Below, piece by piece: positions 30,260 through 39,192 of a stretch of 64,000 nucleotides of DNA (position 1 is the stretch's first letter; every line of letters starts with the position of its first letter). The position numbers were made by a program, and so were the translations under genes. The notes under the pieces were generated by a model that was not told where the DNA came from, ran no database searches, and saw only the letters and a program-made list of their open reading frames with translations. The stretch is taken from assembly GCA_038205935.1 (NCBI GenBank), contig JBBRBK010000005.1:4704-68703 (forward strand). The letters run 5' to 3'. The DNA comes from Campylobacterales bacterium. Lineage in GTDB: Bacteria > Campylobacterota > Campylobacteria > Campylobacterales > Sulfurimonadaceae.

Positions 30260-31837
30260 TTAAAATGCAGAATAATAATAATATTCCATTTTTCTAAGCA
30301 TCTTGACAGTATAGCTAAAGCTTATAATCCAAAATACTAAACTTCCAATCAATAATCCTAAAACAGCATACTCTAAGCCAAACATCCGACTTAAGATCAG
30401 ACCAACTAAGATATTTAATCCAACAGCAATAGCTATAGAAGTGATAGAAAAGTTTTGTCTCGAAAATGAAAAGATGAAGAGTACATTCATCAAACCATTG
30501 ACCATAAATACGTACGAGATAGCTGCTACCCAAAATACATATGGTGTATAACTATGAAAAAAAGTACCTAAATACCTGATATGCCAATAATGGTACAACC
30601 AATAGGTTACATAATAAGTCAATAATATAATCACTATCGCAAATACAAGATAAACTATATTAAACTTTGTAAAAAAGTTTTTTATTTCACGATTGAATTT
30701 CTTGTATTCTTTATATTTGTACTGTATTACCAAATCATTAATACGGTACATAAATTCATGGATACTAATCTCCGTAAATCCCATCATAAGGATCAAAACT
30801 ATCAAAGCCCAATCAAGTCCCAATTCATATGGAACATTAAACCATATAAAATATGGTTTAGCCGGAACATATGTACTCCAAGCTATAATCCTATCTGTCA
30901 CAAGAAATACAAAATAGAAAAAACCATACATGTAAAAGGTGATCAATGAATAAAATAACATTGATGCACGTGGTATTTCTTCACCCTCGGAGATAGTATT
31001 TTTCTTTTTTAAACGTCTTATTTTTCTTATTACCAATATAAATAAAAGAATATTAATAATAACTAAAGAGATGAATTGTGCTTCTGGAAGCTTTACTTTT
31101 ATAATTGCATGGGCAATATAAGTTAAAATCATCGCCAAAAGAAAAAATCCTAAGATCTTTGTATACTCTTCAAACATATAATAAACGGAGATATTTAAAA
31201 ATAAAAATGATAATAAAAGATAAAACACTATCAAAACATAAAAATAATAAAATGGAAAAATATGAAAAAAGAGTTGAATCAGCAACACGACTAAACCCAC
31301 TCCAAGAATTATTAACAACCCTACTTTTTTCAAAGCCTCAGTCACATTTGCAGCTAAAATAAATTCATCCTGTTTAAGATAAAAAAGACCTTTTCTTCCG
31401 ATTGCTTGTGCCGATGCACCAGTCACAATAAGCGCTAAGAATGTTCCAAGTGCAATAGCTGTTGCTGTTTCTTGATCCATATTTACGCCAGACCACAGAG
31501 CATATCCAATTGTTAGCGTAAAAAAAATCTGCACAAACATAGGCATTGCAAAAGCAAGACCACGGATATAATTTAGAAATACTCTTTTTCCAAAAGGTGG
31601 AATTTTCTCCCAATTCACAAGTGATTTTTGTGGATAGCTTTTACCTATAATATATTTTTGCATATATTCACCCATATCAAAAACACTTGTAAAGCCATAT
31701 TCCTTAACAGCATCAATATCCCGTATGCCATAAATTTCAAGTAATGCCGTCATCTCCCAAACGTCAAGAGGTTTACCTTTCTCTTTAGTTATTTCATGAT
31801 AGAGTTCCGCTAAATCGATGCTGCTGATTGCTGCCAT
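30260..31837 (-). CDS. Polytopic membrane protein in the PelG position (possible exopolysaccharide exporter)
   Basis: 525 aa. An N-terminal soluble segment of about 85 aa, then about 12 TM segments. It lies directly downstream of and overlaps the PelF-like gene. The assignment is positional only. Confidence 0.45.
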   Translation of the reverse strand: MAAISSIDLAELYHEITKEKGKPLDVWEMTALLEIYGIRDIDAVKEYGFTSVFDMGEYMQKYIIGKSYPQKSLVNWEKIPPFGKRVFLNYIRGLAFAMPMFVQIFFTLTIGYALWSGVNMDQETATAIALGTFLALIVTGASAQAIGRKGLFYLKQDEFILAANVTEALKKVGLLIILGVGLVVLLIQLFFHIFPFYYFYVLIVFYLLLSFLFLNISVYYMFEEYTKILGFFLLAMILTYIAHAIIKVKLPEAQFISLVIINILLFILVIRKIRRLKKKNTISEGEEIPRASMLFYSLITFYMYGFFYFVFLVTDRIIAWSTYVPAKPYFIWFNVPYELGLDWALIVLILMMGFTEISIHEFMYRINDLVIQYKYKEYKKFNREIKNFFTKFNIVYLVFAIVIILLTYYVTYWLYHYWHIRYLGTFFHSYTPYVFWVAAISYVFMVNGLMNVLFIFSFSRQNFSITSIAIAVGLNILVGLILSRMFGLEYAVLGLLIGSLVFWIISFSYTVKMLRKMEYYYYSAF

Positions 31838-33324
31838 TGCTCCTCCTCTTCTACTAAATATTGGTCATAAAGTTCTCGATAAACTCTACTGTAATTACGC
31901 ACCATATCCTCAATCGTATATCCATTTAGAATAGACTCTCTTGCGTCCAGACCCATTTGTCTTGCGATATCAGGATTATTTAAAATATAAATAGTTTTTT
32001 TTGCGAATTCTTCATAATCTTTAGGTTTAATGACAAATCCAAAATCTTCCAGAACCTCTTTAGTTCCTCCAACATCTGATGAAATAACAACTTTTTCACA
32101 AGCCATTGCTTCAATCACAACAAACGGAAAGGCTTCAGATATACTTGTAAGTAAGACAACATCGCCTTCATTGTAGGCTTCTTGAGGCTTATTGGTACTT
32201 CCTGCAAAGAAAAAATTATTTTCTATTCCTAATTCTCGTACAAGATCCTCACAAAAATGGTAATATTTTTCATTCACAGCAGGTCCATAAAGTTTAAAAA
32301 GAACATTTGGAATCTCTTTTGCAACCAATTGCGCAGTTTTTATAAATGTTTCAATATCTTTAAGAGGATCAATCCGAGCAACCATTACTACGGTTGGACG
32401 CTCATTTTTTGCCTCTCTTGGTATAAATTTATAAGTATTTGTATCGATACCGTTATAAATAACCTCTATTTTTTTTTCATCTACACCCCACTGCTTTTCC
32501 CATCGTGTATTATAAATACAAACAGGAGAAACAACATCAGCGAAATAATAATTGAGTTTTGATACCGTTGTAATCAAGCCCATCAAAAACTCTTTAGTAC
32601 GATAAGGCATTTGATTTCGTGAAGCAGCTAAATACTGTTCTCTAATGTAAACCCCATGCTCCGTAAGTAAAAATTTACTTCCGAACTTTTTCTTGGCAAT
32701 AATACAAGGCAGACCACAAAAAGCTGCTGCAGATGAGTGATATATCTGCGCCTTTGGAAGCTTTGGCAGTAGTGATATAAAAAATCGATAAAGATAACGT
32801 AGGCCCTCTATCATATCAAATACGGTAGGTAAATCTTCCTCAATATCTTCATAATGTTTCATAATATAATTTTTATAGATTTCCCAAATCGTTTCTTCAC
32901 GAAATGTTTCATAATAATCATACTCATGGAAATATTCATAAAACTGATAAAGAGCTTCCCCAAGTAATTCAAACTCCTCTTTTTTTCTATAAACATGATC
33001 TAAAACAAGGATAACTATAGATTCCAACTCTGTAATCTTATTTGCTTCTCTCGTTTTTATTTTTGACATATAGATTTCTGAAGATGAAATTTCTCGAATA
33101 TATTCTATGGGTTCTTCAGTTCCCCACAAAGGAATATTAATCACGTCCACAACATTATCAGGAATATTGAATTTCAATTTGATATATGGATGCATTTGTA
33201 TTGGAATGAGTACAAAATCAATATTTGTCAACTCATGAACAAGCGCATCTGCCCAAGTACTCACGCCACCTGTAGAGTAAGGATATGTCCCCTCACCCGT
33301 CCAAACGACCTTAATTCTGCTCAT
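31810..33324 (-). CDS. PelF-like family 4 glycosyltransferase (N-terminal DUF3492-like region + GT4 domain)
   Basis: N-terminus VVWTGEGTYPYSTGGVSTWADALVHEL resembles the PelF EGTxPYxxGGVSxW signature as I recall it. C-terminal GT4 block LLTSISEAFPFVVIEAMACEKVVISSDVGG (E-x7-E type). Confidence 0.7.
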   Translation of the reverse strand: MSRIKVVWTGEGTYPYSTGGVSTWADALVHELTNIDFVLIPIQMHPYIKLKFNIPDNVVDVINIPLWGTEEPIEYIREISSSEIYMSKIKTREANKITELESIVILVLDHVYRKKEEFELLGEALYQFYEYFHEYDYYETFREETIWEIYKNYIMKHYEDIEEDLPTVFDMIEGLRYLYRFFISLLPKLPKAQIYHSSAAAFCGLPCIIAKKKFGSKFLLTEHGVYIREQYLAASRNQMPYRTKEFLMGLITTVSKLNYYFADVVSPVCIYNTRWEKQWGVDEKKIEVIYNGIDTNTYKFIPREAKNERPTVVMVARIDPLKDIETFIKTAQLVAKEIPNVLFKLYGPAVNEKYYHFCEDLVRELGIENNFFFAGSTNKPQEAYNEGDVVLLTSISEAFPFVVIEAMACEKVVISSDVGGTKEVLEDFGFVIKPKDYEEFAKKTIYILNNPDIARQMGLDARESILNGYTIEDMVRNYSRVYRELYDQYLVEEEEQWQQSAASI

Positions 33325-34984
33325 AAAACTCTCTTTTACCTGTCAATACACTTAAAATCAAACTTTCTTTAACATTATCGCTATCAATTCCTATTAACTC
33401 ATTTTGATATTCCATAACCCTGTTAAGAGCTTCTGAATAGTCTCTGTATTGAGCAAGACCCTTAAGATATCGTTCTTTTGCCACATCCAACTTTGTTTTT
33501 GCTAATTCTAAAAGATCTTTTACATATCCCTGCTGTTTGTGAATTCTCATGAGTTGTGTATATGCTTTTTGCGTCTGATTCAAAGTATCTCTTACTTTTA
33601 AAGAAAATTTATTTTGCTCCAATAAAGCATCATACGTACTTCGTTGCATGTTTAACCTAATATCATCTCTATTGTAGATTGGAATATTCACAGACAAGCC
33701 TAAATTCCAGATTCCAGTAAAGTTAGTATTTGCAAAATCAAATACTTTTGGTTGTTCATATCCATATCCTATAGAGGATGTAAAATCCACAGTCGGATAA
33801 AATCGTCGTTTTTCACTGAGAACATCAGCATTCTTAATCTTTAGAAGATTTGATTCAATAGCAACATCACTACTATTTTCAATCGCTTCTTTTTGTAAAT
33901 CATTGATAGAACTTAAATCAATATGTAACGCTGCAGGGAAAAGTTTGAAAGCTTTTTCGCTTTTTGAATGTATGCTTTGTCTTAACACGTATTCATTTTG
34001 AAGATATTCGTAACTTGTATCAGTTACCATTCTCTCTAAATTTACATAATCATTCTTTGCGTCAATAAGATCCAGAATTGTGCTTGTCCCACTTTTATAT
34101 TTGGCCTCTATAATATCTTTAAACTTTTTTTGCTCATCAAAAATCTTTTTATAAAGAGATAAATGCTCTTGAGAATTAAAAAGATCATAATAAACTGAAG
34201 TTCCTAAAATTGCTAATCTGTCTTTTGTATTGATCGCTGTTATATCTGCTAATCTTTTATTGAGTGTTATATACGTGTCGCTTAAAGAGTATGTTCCATC
34301 ATAAAGCCTCTTATTGGCGTTTAGATTTACTGCCGCTCCAGTTGAGGAAGTATTTGTGGTGTAATTGACATATTTTCCGGTACTTACCGTACCACTTACA
34401 TAAACGTCAAAATTATATGTATCTTGTTTTATTTCAGCAAGTAAATAATCGATCTTTTGTTGAAAAAATAGTTCTTTTGCTTCTTCTGTATTTTCAAATA
34501 AAGCAGATAAGTAAGTATTGAGATATAAGTCTTCATATATATTTTGATTTGTTACTCTTGTAGAGTTTTCACTACGAAGCAGTACTTCCTGCACTTTTGA
34601 TACCGGTTTTGAGTCTTGCACTTCTAGTTTTGAGCTGTTAATTTCATTATTCAGTGTAGTAGTATTTGAGTCAACTATAGGGCTCTTTATGGTATGCATT
34701 AAAGAAGAGATAGAATCTTTCTTTTCAACTATAAAAGCGTCTGGGTAATATTTTATAACACTATCATAAGATTGTTTAACCTCTTCATATGAAGAAAAAG
34801 GACCAACTTTATACGTAAAATAATTCTTTTGTTTTTCAATATAAGCGCCCGAAAATCGTTGCAAAAATAATGTTTTTTCTACGTCAATAGGCTTTTTTGT
34901 AGATACTGCTATTATGCTATATTCTGTAGCACCTAAAGGAAATGTTACGGCGACTGCCAATACGAGATATTTTATATACTTCAT
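33311..34984 (-). CDS. Outer-membrane efflux (TolC-like) protein with N-terminal SPOR-like domain
   Basis: Signal peptide. Residues ~20-90, YSIIAVSTKK...YFTYKVGPFSSYEEVKQSYDSVIKYYPDAFIV, fit the SPOR pattern. An S/T/N-rich linker follows, then a two-repeat coiled-coil/beta OEP-like region. First gene of the EPS operon. Confidence 0.5.
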   Translation of the reverse strand: MKYIKYLVLAVAVTFPLGATEYSIIAVSTKKPIDVEKTLFLQRFSGAYIEKQKNYFTYKVGPFSSYEEVKQSYDSVIKYYPDAFIVEKKDSISSLMHTIKSPIVDSNTTTLNNEINSSKLEVQDSKPVSKVQEVLLRSENSTRVTNQNIYEDLYLNTYLSALFENTEEAKELFFQQKIDYLLAEIKQDTYNFDVYVSGTVSTGKYVNYTTNTSSTGAAVNLNANKRLYDGTYSLSDTYITLNKRLADITAINTKDRLAILGTSVYYDLFNSQEHLSLYKKIFDEQKKFKDIIEAKYKSGTSTILDLIDAKNDYVNLERMVTDTSYEYLQNEYVLRQSIHSKSEKAFKLFPAALHIDLSSINDLQKEAIENSSDVAIESNLLKIKNADVLSEKRRFYPTVDFTSSIGYGYEQPKVFDFANTNFTGIWNLGLSVNIPIYNRDDIRLNMQRSTYDALLEQNKFSLKVRDTLNQTQKAYTQLMRIHKQQGYVKDLLELAKTKLDVAKERYLKGLAQYRDYSEALNRVMEYQNELIGIDSDNVKESLILSVLTGKREFYEQN

Positions 34985-35018
34985 CTATTTTCTCTTTAAA
35001 TTTAAATTTCAATAATTA

Positions 35019-35828
35019 CTACTCATTATCGAGCATATCATCAATGCAATCTTCGAGTATTTCGTGATCATACCCTGCATCGCTGGCAGTTTTGAGTCCT
35101 ATATTTATAGAAATTTCACCTAAAGGATCATTAATTGGAATAATTGTTTTTACAATGTGTAATGCCGTAGCATATTCTTTAATATCATTAGGAGCGCTTA
35201 AGGGATCATCTGAATAGCGGATCATATCGACAAAATCCTCATCAAATCCCCAATGTTCAAAGATAGCTGCTGTAATAGCTGCCGTTGTCTCACCAACGTA
35301 ACTTTTTTCAACCATTGGAATATTATGAGTCATCTCTATCTCAGAGCGAAAAGTCACCGTCTCATCTTGTTGGATAATATGGCTAGCGATCAAGATTTTT
35401 CCTGTTTCTTGAAGCAATGCCGCCAAGAAGAGTTTATCGGATTTTTCTTTATCAATCTTTTTATACCAAGAATGCATAAGGGTAGCCTGTTTTGATGCCA
35501 TCTCTGCAAACTTCTCAGAGGAAGCCGCATAAGGTTCCATATCAACATTTAAAAGCTTACGTACGGAGTTACCAAGGACGATAGAGCGCGTCATGCTCAT
35601 ACCAAAAAGTGTAACAGCCTGAGCAACGTTATTTATTTCTGCTTGAAAACTGTATAAAGGAGAATTTGCAGCTTTTAAAAGATTGGCAATGATCATCGGA
35701 TCATCTTCTATCACTTTTACCAAGTCCGCTATAGAACTCTCAGGATTCGCATAAATCTTCTGAGTTTCCGTGATAGTTTTGGACAAAGGCGGAAGCGACT
35801 TTATACTCTCAAGGATTGCATGATTCAT
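35019..35828 (-). CDS. HDOD domain signalling protein
   Basis: SLPPLSKTITETQKIY...IADLVKVIEDDPMIIANLLKAANSPLYSF...VAQAVTLFGM is typical of HDOD. Confidence 0.8.
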   Translation of the reverse strand: MNHAILESIKSLPPLSKTITETQKIYANPESSIADLVKVIEDDPMIIANLLKAANSPLYSFQAEINNVAQAVTLFGMSMTRSIVLGNSVRKLLNVDMEPYAASSEKFAEMASKQATLMHSWYKKIDKEKSDKLFLAALLQETGKILIASHIIQQDETVTFRSEIEMTHNIPMVEKSYVGETTAAITAAIFEHWGFDEDFVDMIRYSDDPLSAPNDIKEYATALHIVKTIIPINDPLGEISINIGLKTASDAGYDHEILEDCIDDMLDNE

Positions 35829-35884
35829 AAAATTGCCTTATATATTTTTACAGTGATTATACACAAATTTATTTAATAAAATAT

Positions 35885-36289
35885 CTAAATAGAATACGAA
35901 AATGGCTGATAAGCCTGATCTATTTCAGAGAGTTTGAGTGAAAAAAGTTCTTGAACTTTTTTTTGTATATCTAACCAAAAAGATTCTAGTATGATACTTG
36001 ACCCTACATTTCCATCCACTTCAAAGAGCGTCCCTTCAAGCGACTCTATAATTTCTAAAACAGTTATCTCATGTGGCAGGCGCGAGAGTTTATACCCGCC
36101 GTTCGCACCTCTGACACTGCTGATCAGTCCTGATTTTCTAAGCTGTGAAAGCAGTTGTTCTAAGTAACTGTGAGAAAGCGATGTCATCGCAGCGATCTCT
36201 TTTACCTGCATCGTCCTGCCATTTGGCGCGTGAGAAAGTACATGCATCGCAGCCAAGCCGTATATCCCTTTTGAACTGACACCAACCAT
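35885..36289 (-). CDS. Rrf2 family transcriptional regulator (no Cys ligands)
   Basis: SSKGIYGLAAMHVL...LSHSYLEQLLSQLRKSGLISSVRGANGGYKL winged-helix signature. The protein contains no cysteine. Confidence 0.8.
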   Translation of the reverse strand: MVGVSSKGIYGLAAMHVLSHAPNGRTMQVKEIAAMTSLSHSYLEQLLSQLRKSGLISSVRGANGGYKLSRLPHEITVLEIIESLEGTLFEVDGNVGSSIILESFWLDIQKKVQELFSLKLSEIDQAYQPFSYSI

Positions 36290-36291
36290 GA

Positions 36292-36735
36292 TTACTCCAT
36301 AAAACTTGGATAGATTTTTTTAATAATAAAATAGATTTTACAACCGATACAATACGCAAAAACAATCTCAAGTCCTGTACAAAGTAAGAAAATACCTGCT
36401 GTTATATAAAGCGTTACATGTAAGTTTAAAAAGCTCTCGATTAACAATAAAAAGACAAAAACAACTCCAAAATGCGCCGCAAGTCTTTTTGCTCCAGCAT
36501 CTGTCATCTCTGTTTTAAAAGAAAAAATCTTTTTACTAAAAATTGCGAGATTATAAACAATGCTGTATTTTTTGAGTCCATATAAACGCATCAAAAAATC
36601 AACTAGGATGAAAAATAAAAACAATTTTTGGGCCGTGAGTAAAAACAAGATGACAAACAAAGAGACAAATACAGCACTTATTCTTGCTACAGTACCATCG
36701 ATGAGTCTAAATGCCAGAGGACAGCTTTGAGACAT
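36292..36735 (-). CDS. DUF4395-like small membrane protein
   Basis: 147 aa, 4 TM segments, C-terminal CIGCKIY motif. Its stop lies 2 nt before the Rrf2 ATG, and its last codons supply a GGAG. Confidence 0.45.
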   Translation of the reverse strand: MSQSCPLAFRLIDGTVARISAVFVSLFVILFLLTAQKLFLFFILVDFLMRLYGLKKYSIVYNLAIFSKKIFSFKTEMTDAGAKRLAAHFGVVFVFLLLIESFLNLHVTLYITAGIFLLCTGLEIVFAYCIGCKIYFIIKKIYPSFME

Positions 36736-36921
36736 TATAAATCCTTTTAATAATTTTCTGCTGCAATAGTAGTCTTATTTTATTTTAATTACAAGTATTC
36801 AGACTGTTTTACTAAGGATTAGCTATTTTTCTTTCTATTTTTTGATTGCACATGAATATATTGCTTGACTAAAAACGATGAAATGATTAAAAATAATAAT
36901 ATAATACTCTTCATTGTAACG

Positions 36922-36932
36922 CTTACATGTAG
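36922..36932. repeat. CTTACATGTAG motif copy in the divergent intergenic region
   Basis: Read directly. Lies in the 293-bp AT-rich spacer between the DUF4395/Rrf2 operon and the efflux operon. Confidence 0.9.
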
Positions 36933-37031
36933 AACATTATACATATTTTTTTAGCTTGACTAAGATTATTATCTTATCCAGTTATAAGTATTATATGTTA
37001 AAATTATAACTATTTTTCAAAAGGAGATTTG

Positions 37032-38396
37032 ATGAACAAAATTGTAGGCTTTATATGTGTCTCAATCGCGCTCTATGCAAATGTTATTAACACTTCAGGT
37101 TCCCTATCTATGCAACAAGCAATAGAGATAGTGAAATCGGATAACTTGGAACTCAAAACGGCTAAATTCGATGAGCAGATTGCAAGCGAAGATATAGATA
37201 TAGCAAAGGGATCTAACTTTGGAAGCCTTACTCTCTCACAAGATGTCTCAAGAAGTAATGACGCGGGAAATGTGTTTGGGTTTAAACTTGCATCACGTGA
37301 AGCTACTTTTGGAGATTTTGGATTTTCACAATTCAATAGTAGCAATCCAAGTATTTTAACCGTTCAACCTCATGACCTAAACTATCCAGCAGATAGAAAC
37401 TTCTTCCAAACAAAACTCAAATATGAACTAGCACTTTTTACAGGCTTTAAAATTTCAAGCTATGAAAATATGGCAAAAGCTATGAAAAAGATGAAGACAC
37501 TTGATAAAGATGCGCTAATCCATGAAAAAGTCTATGAAGTTAAAAAAAGCTACTATGACATGGCACTGCTTGAAGATGCGATCAAAAATCTTAGTGTCAT
37601 TCAAAAGAACATCAATACTCTAGAAAATACAACTCAAAGCATGATTGAAGAGGGATACGCAAAAAATGTGGATCTTCTTGAAGTGCAATCAAAAAAAGGC
37701 AATGTCGAGCGTCTTTTAAATCAAATGAGATCAAACGAAAAACTTTTATACCAATATCTCAGCTTTTTACTCAATCAAGATGTCACAACTATCCAGACGC
37801 CAAGCGAAGATGTCACTATGCCCCAACTAAGTGATGAAGCAATTTTAGCAAATAACATAGATATCAAAAAAGCGACTACAGGCCTTGAAGTCAGAAACAA
37901 TATGGTTAGTGCTCAAAATGCAGCTTACTATCCAACAGTCGGTGCTTTTGGTGAAATTTCAACTGCAGATACTAGTAGTTTTTTAGGTAATGCTGATGAT
38001 CATAAATCTTATACAGTCGGCGCAAGAGTTAGTTGGAATCTTTTTAACGGTGGTATCGATGCTTCATCAATTCAAAAAGCCAAAATCGAGCAGATGAAAA
38101 CAAAAACTCAAGTTGAAATCGCAAAAAAAGGGATTATCCTTCAAGCAGATAAAATTAAAACTGAAATCTCCTCTTATGATGATGATATCGTTTCATTAAA
38201 AAAAGAGTTAGCTCTTGCAGACGAAATCTATAACAACTATGAAGGAAGATACAAAGAACAACTCACTTCCATGAGTACGGTTATTATAAAACAGTCCGAG
38301 CAGATCGAAAAAATCGTCAAACTTGAAGAAATAAGAAACAAAAGAAATGAGCGTATTTTCGCATTAGAAAAACTATCAAACGGAGATAAAGAATGA
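37032..38396 (+). CDS. TolC family outer-membrane efflux protein
   Basis: Signal peptide and two OEP repeats (LSMQQAIEIVKSDNLELKTAKFDEQIA...; YYPTVGAFGEIS...). The ATG at 37032 lies 5 nt after AAGGAG. Confidence 0.8.
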   Translation: MNKIVGFICVSIALYANVINTSGSLSMQQAIEIVKSDNLELKTAKFDEQIASEDIDIAKGSNFGSLTLSQDVSRSNDAGNVFGFKLASREATFGDFGFSQFNSSNPSILTVQPHDLNYPADRNFFQTKLKYELALFTGFKISSYENMAKAMKKMKTLDKDALIHEKVYEVKKSYYDMALLEDAIKNLSVIQKNINTLENTTQSMIEEGYAKNVDLLEVQSKKGNVERLLNQMRSNEKLLYQYLSFLLNQDVTTIQTPSEDVTMPQLSDEAILANNIDIKKATTGLEVRNNMVSAQNAAYYPTVGAFGEISTADTSSFLGNADDHKSYTVGARVSWNLFNGGIDASSIQKAKIEQMKTKTQVEIAKKGIILQADKIKTEISSYDDDIVSLKKELALADEIYNNYEGRYKEQLTSMSTVIIKQSEQIEKIVKLEEIRNKRNERIFALEKLSNGDKE

Positions 38397-39181
38397 AAAA
38401 AATATTAGGGATTTTATTACTCAGTTCAACACTTTTTGCTGGAGTTGTCACTGTTTCAGGAAGTGTTATTTCAGATAACCAAAAGATGATCACAAGCCGT
38501 TTTATGGGTTTTGTAACTCAGGTAAATGTTTCAGAAGGTGATAGAGTAAAAAAAGGGCAATTGCTTTACAGTATCGATTCAAAAGAGGTTGATTCTTCTA
38601 TGAGTCAAGTTCAGCTTGGAATCTCACAAGCACAGCTTTCTCTTCAAATGTATCAAAACCAATACTCAAATGTCAAGCTCAACCTTGAACGTAATAAACG
38701 TCTTTTAGCTAAAGATATGGTCTCAAAATATGATGTGGAAAATCTTCAGCTTGCGGCTAAAAATCTTGAAGATATGATAACAATCGCAAAACAACAGGTC
38801 AATCAAGCACAAGCGCGTCTCTATGAGGTTAAAAACCAGTACAACTACCTCAATATTAAAGCTCCTAATGATGGTGTTGTTATCTCTAAAAACATTAAAG
38901 TGGGAGAGATGGCAATGCCAGGAATGCCTGCAATCGTACTTTCAGATTTAAGCGATCTTAAAATCTCTGTAGATGTTGCAGAAAATGACCTTCAAAAATT
39001 TGCTTATGGTAAAAAAGTTAAAGTTGAAATTCCCTCAGCTGGTATCGTAGCTATCGGCAAAGTAACAGCGATCATACCAAACTCAAATCCAATGACGCAC
39101 TCATTTAAAATAAAGATCTCATTTAACCCTAACCATAAAGTAGTATATCCCGGTATGTATGCTACGGTTACAGCTGAGTAA
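38393..39181 (+). CDS. Efflux RND periplasmic adaptor subunit (MFP)
   Basis: Lipoyl hairpin GFVTQVNVSEGDRVKKGQLLYSIDS ... IKAPNDGVVISKNIKVGEM. ATGA overlap with the tolC-like gene. Confidence 0.8.
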   Translation: MKKILGILLLSSTLFAGVVTVSGSVISDNQKMITSRFMGFVTQVNVSEGDRVKKGQLLYSIDSKEVDSSMSQVQLGISQAQLSLQMYQNQYSNVKLNLERNKRLLAKDMVSKYDVENLQLAAKNLEDMITIAKQQVNQAQARLYEVKNQYNYLNIKAPNDGVVISKNIKVGEMAMPGMPAIVLSDLSDLKISVDVAENDLQKFAYGKKVKVEIPSAGIVAIGKVTAIIPNSNPMTHSFKIKISFNPNHKVVYPGMYATVTAE

Positions 39182-39192
39182 GGCGGAACCGT

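Noticed and set aside
32464-32480. Long A/T homopolymers (T8-T10 or A8-A9) inside EPS genes, and elsewhere (for example 18896-18903 and 27010-27017), considered as additional phase-variation sites.
   Set aside because: A/T runs of this length are frequent throughout this AT-rich sequence, unlike the unique G9 tract, so there is no specific evidence for a switching function.
36874-36962. Direct repeat GCTTGACTAA (two copies about 80 bp apart) in the divergent intergenic region, each containing a -35-like TTGACT.
   Set aside because: It is only 10 bp long, in a very AT-rich spacer, and no well-spaced -10 hexamer follows either copy. This could be coincidence, so it is mentioned only as context in a low-interest finding.
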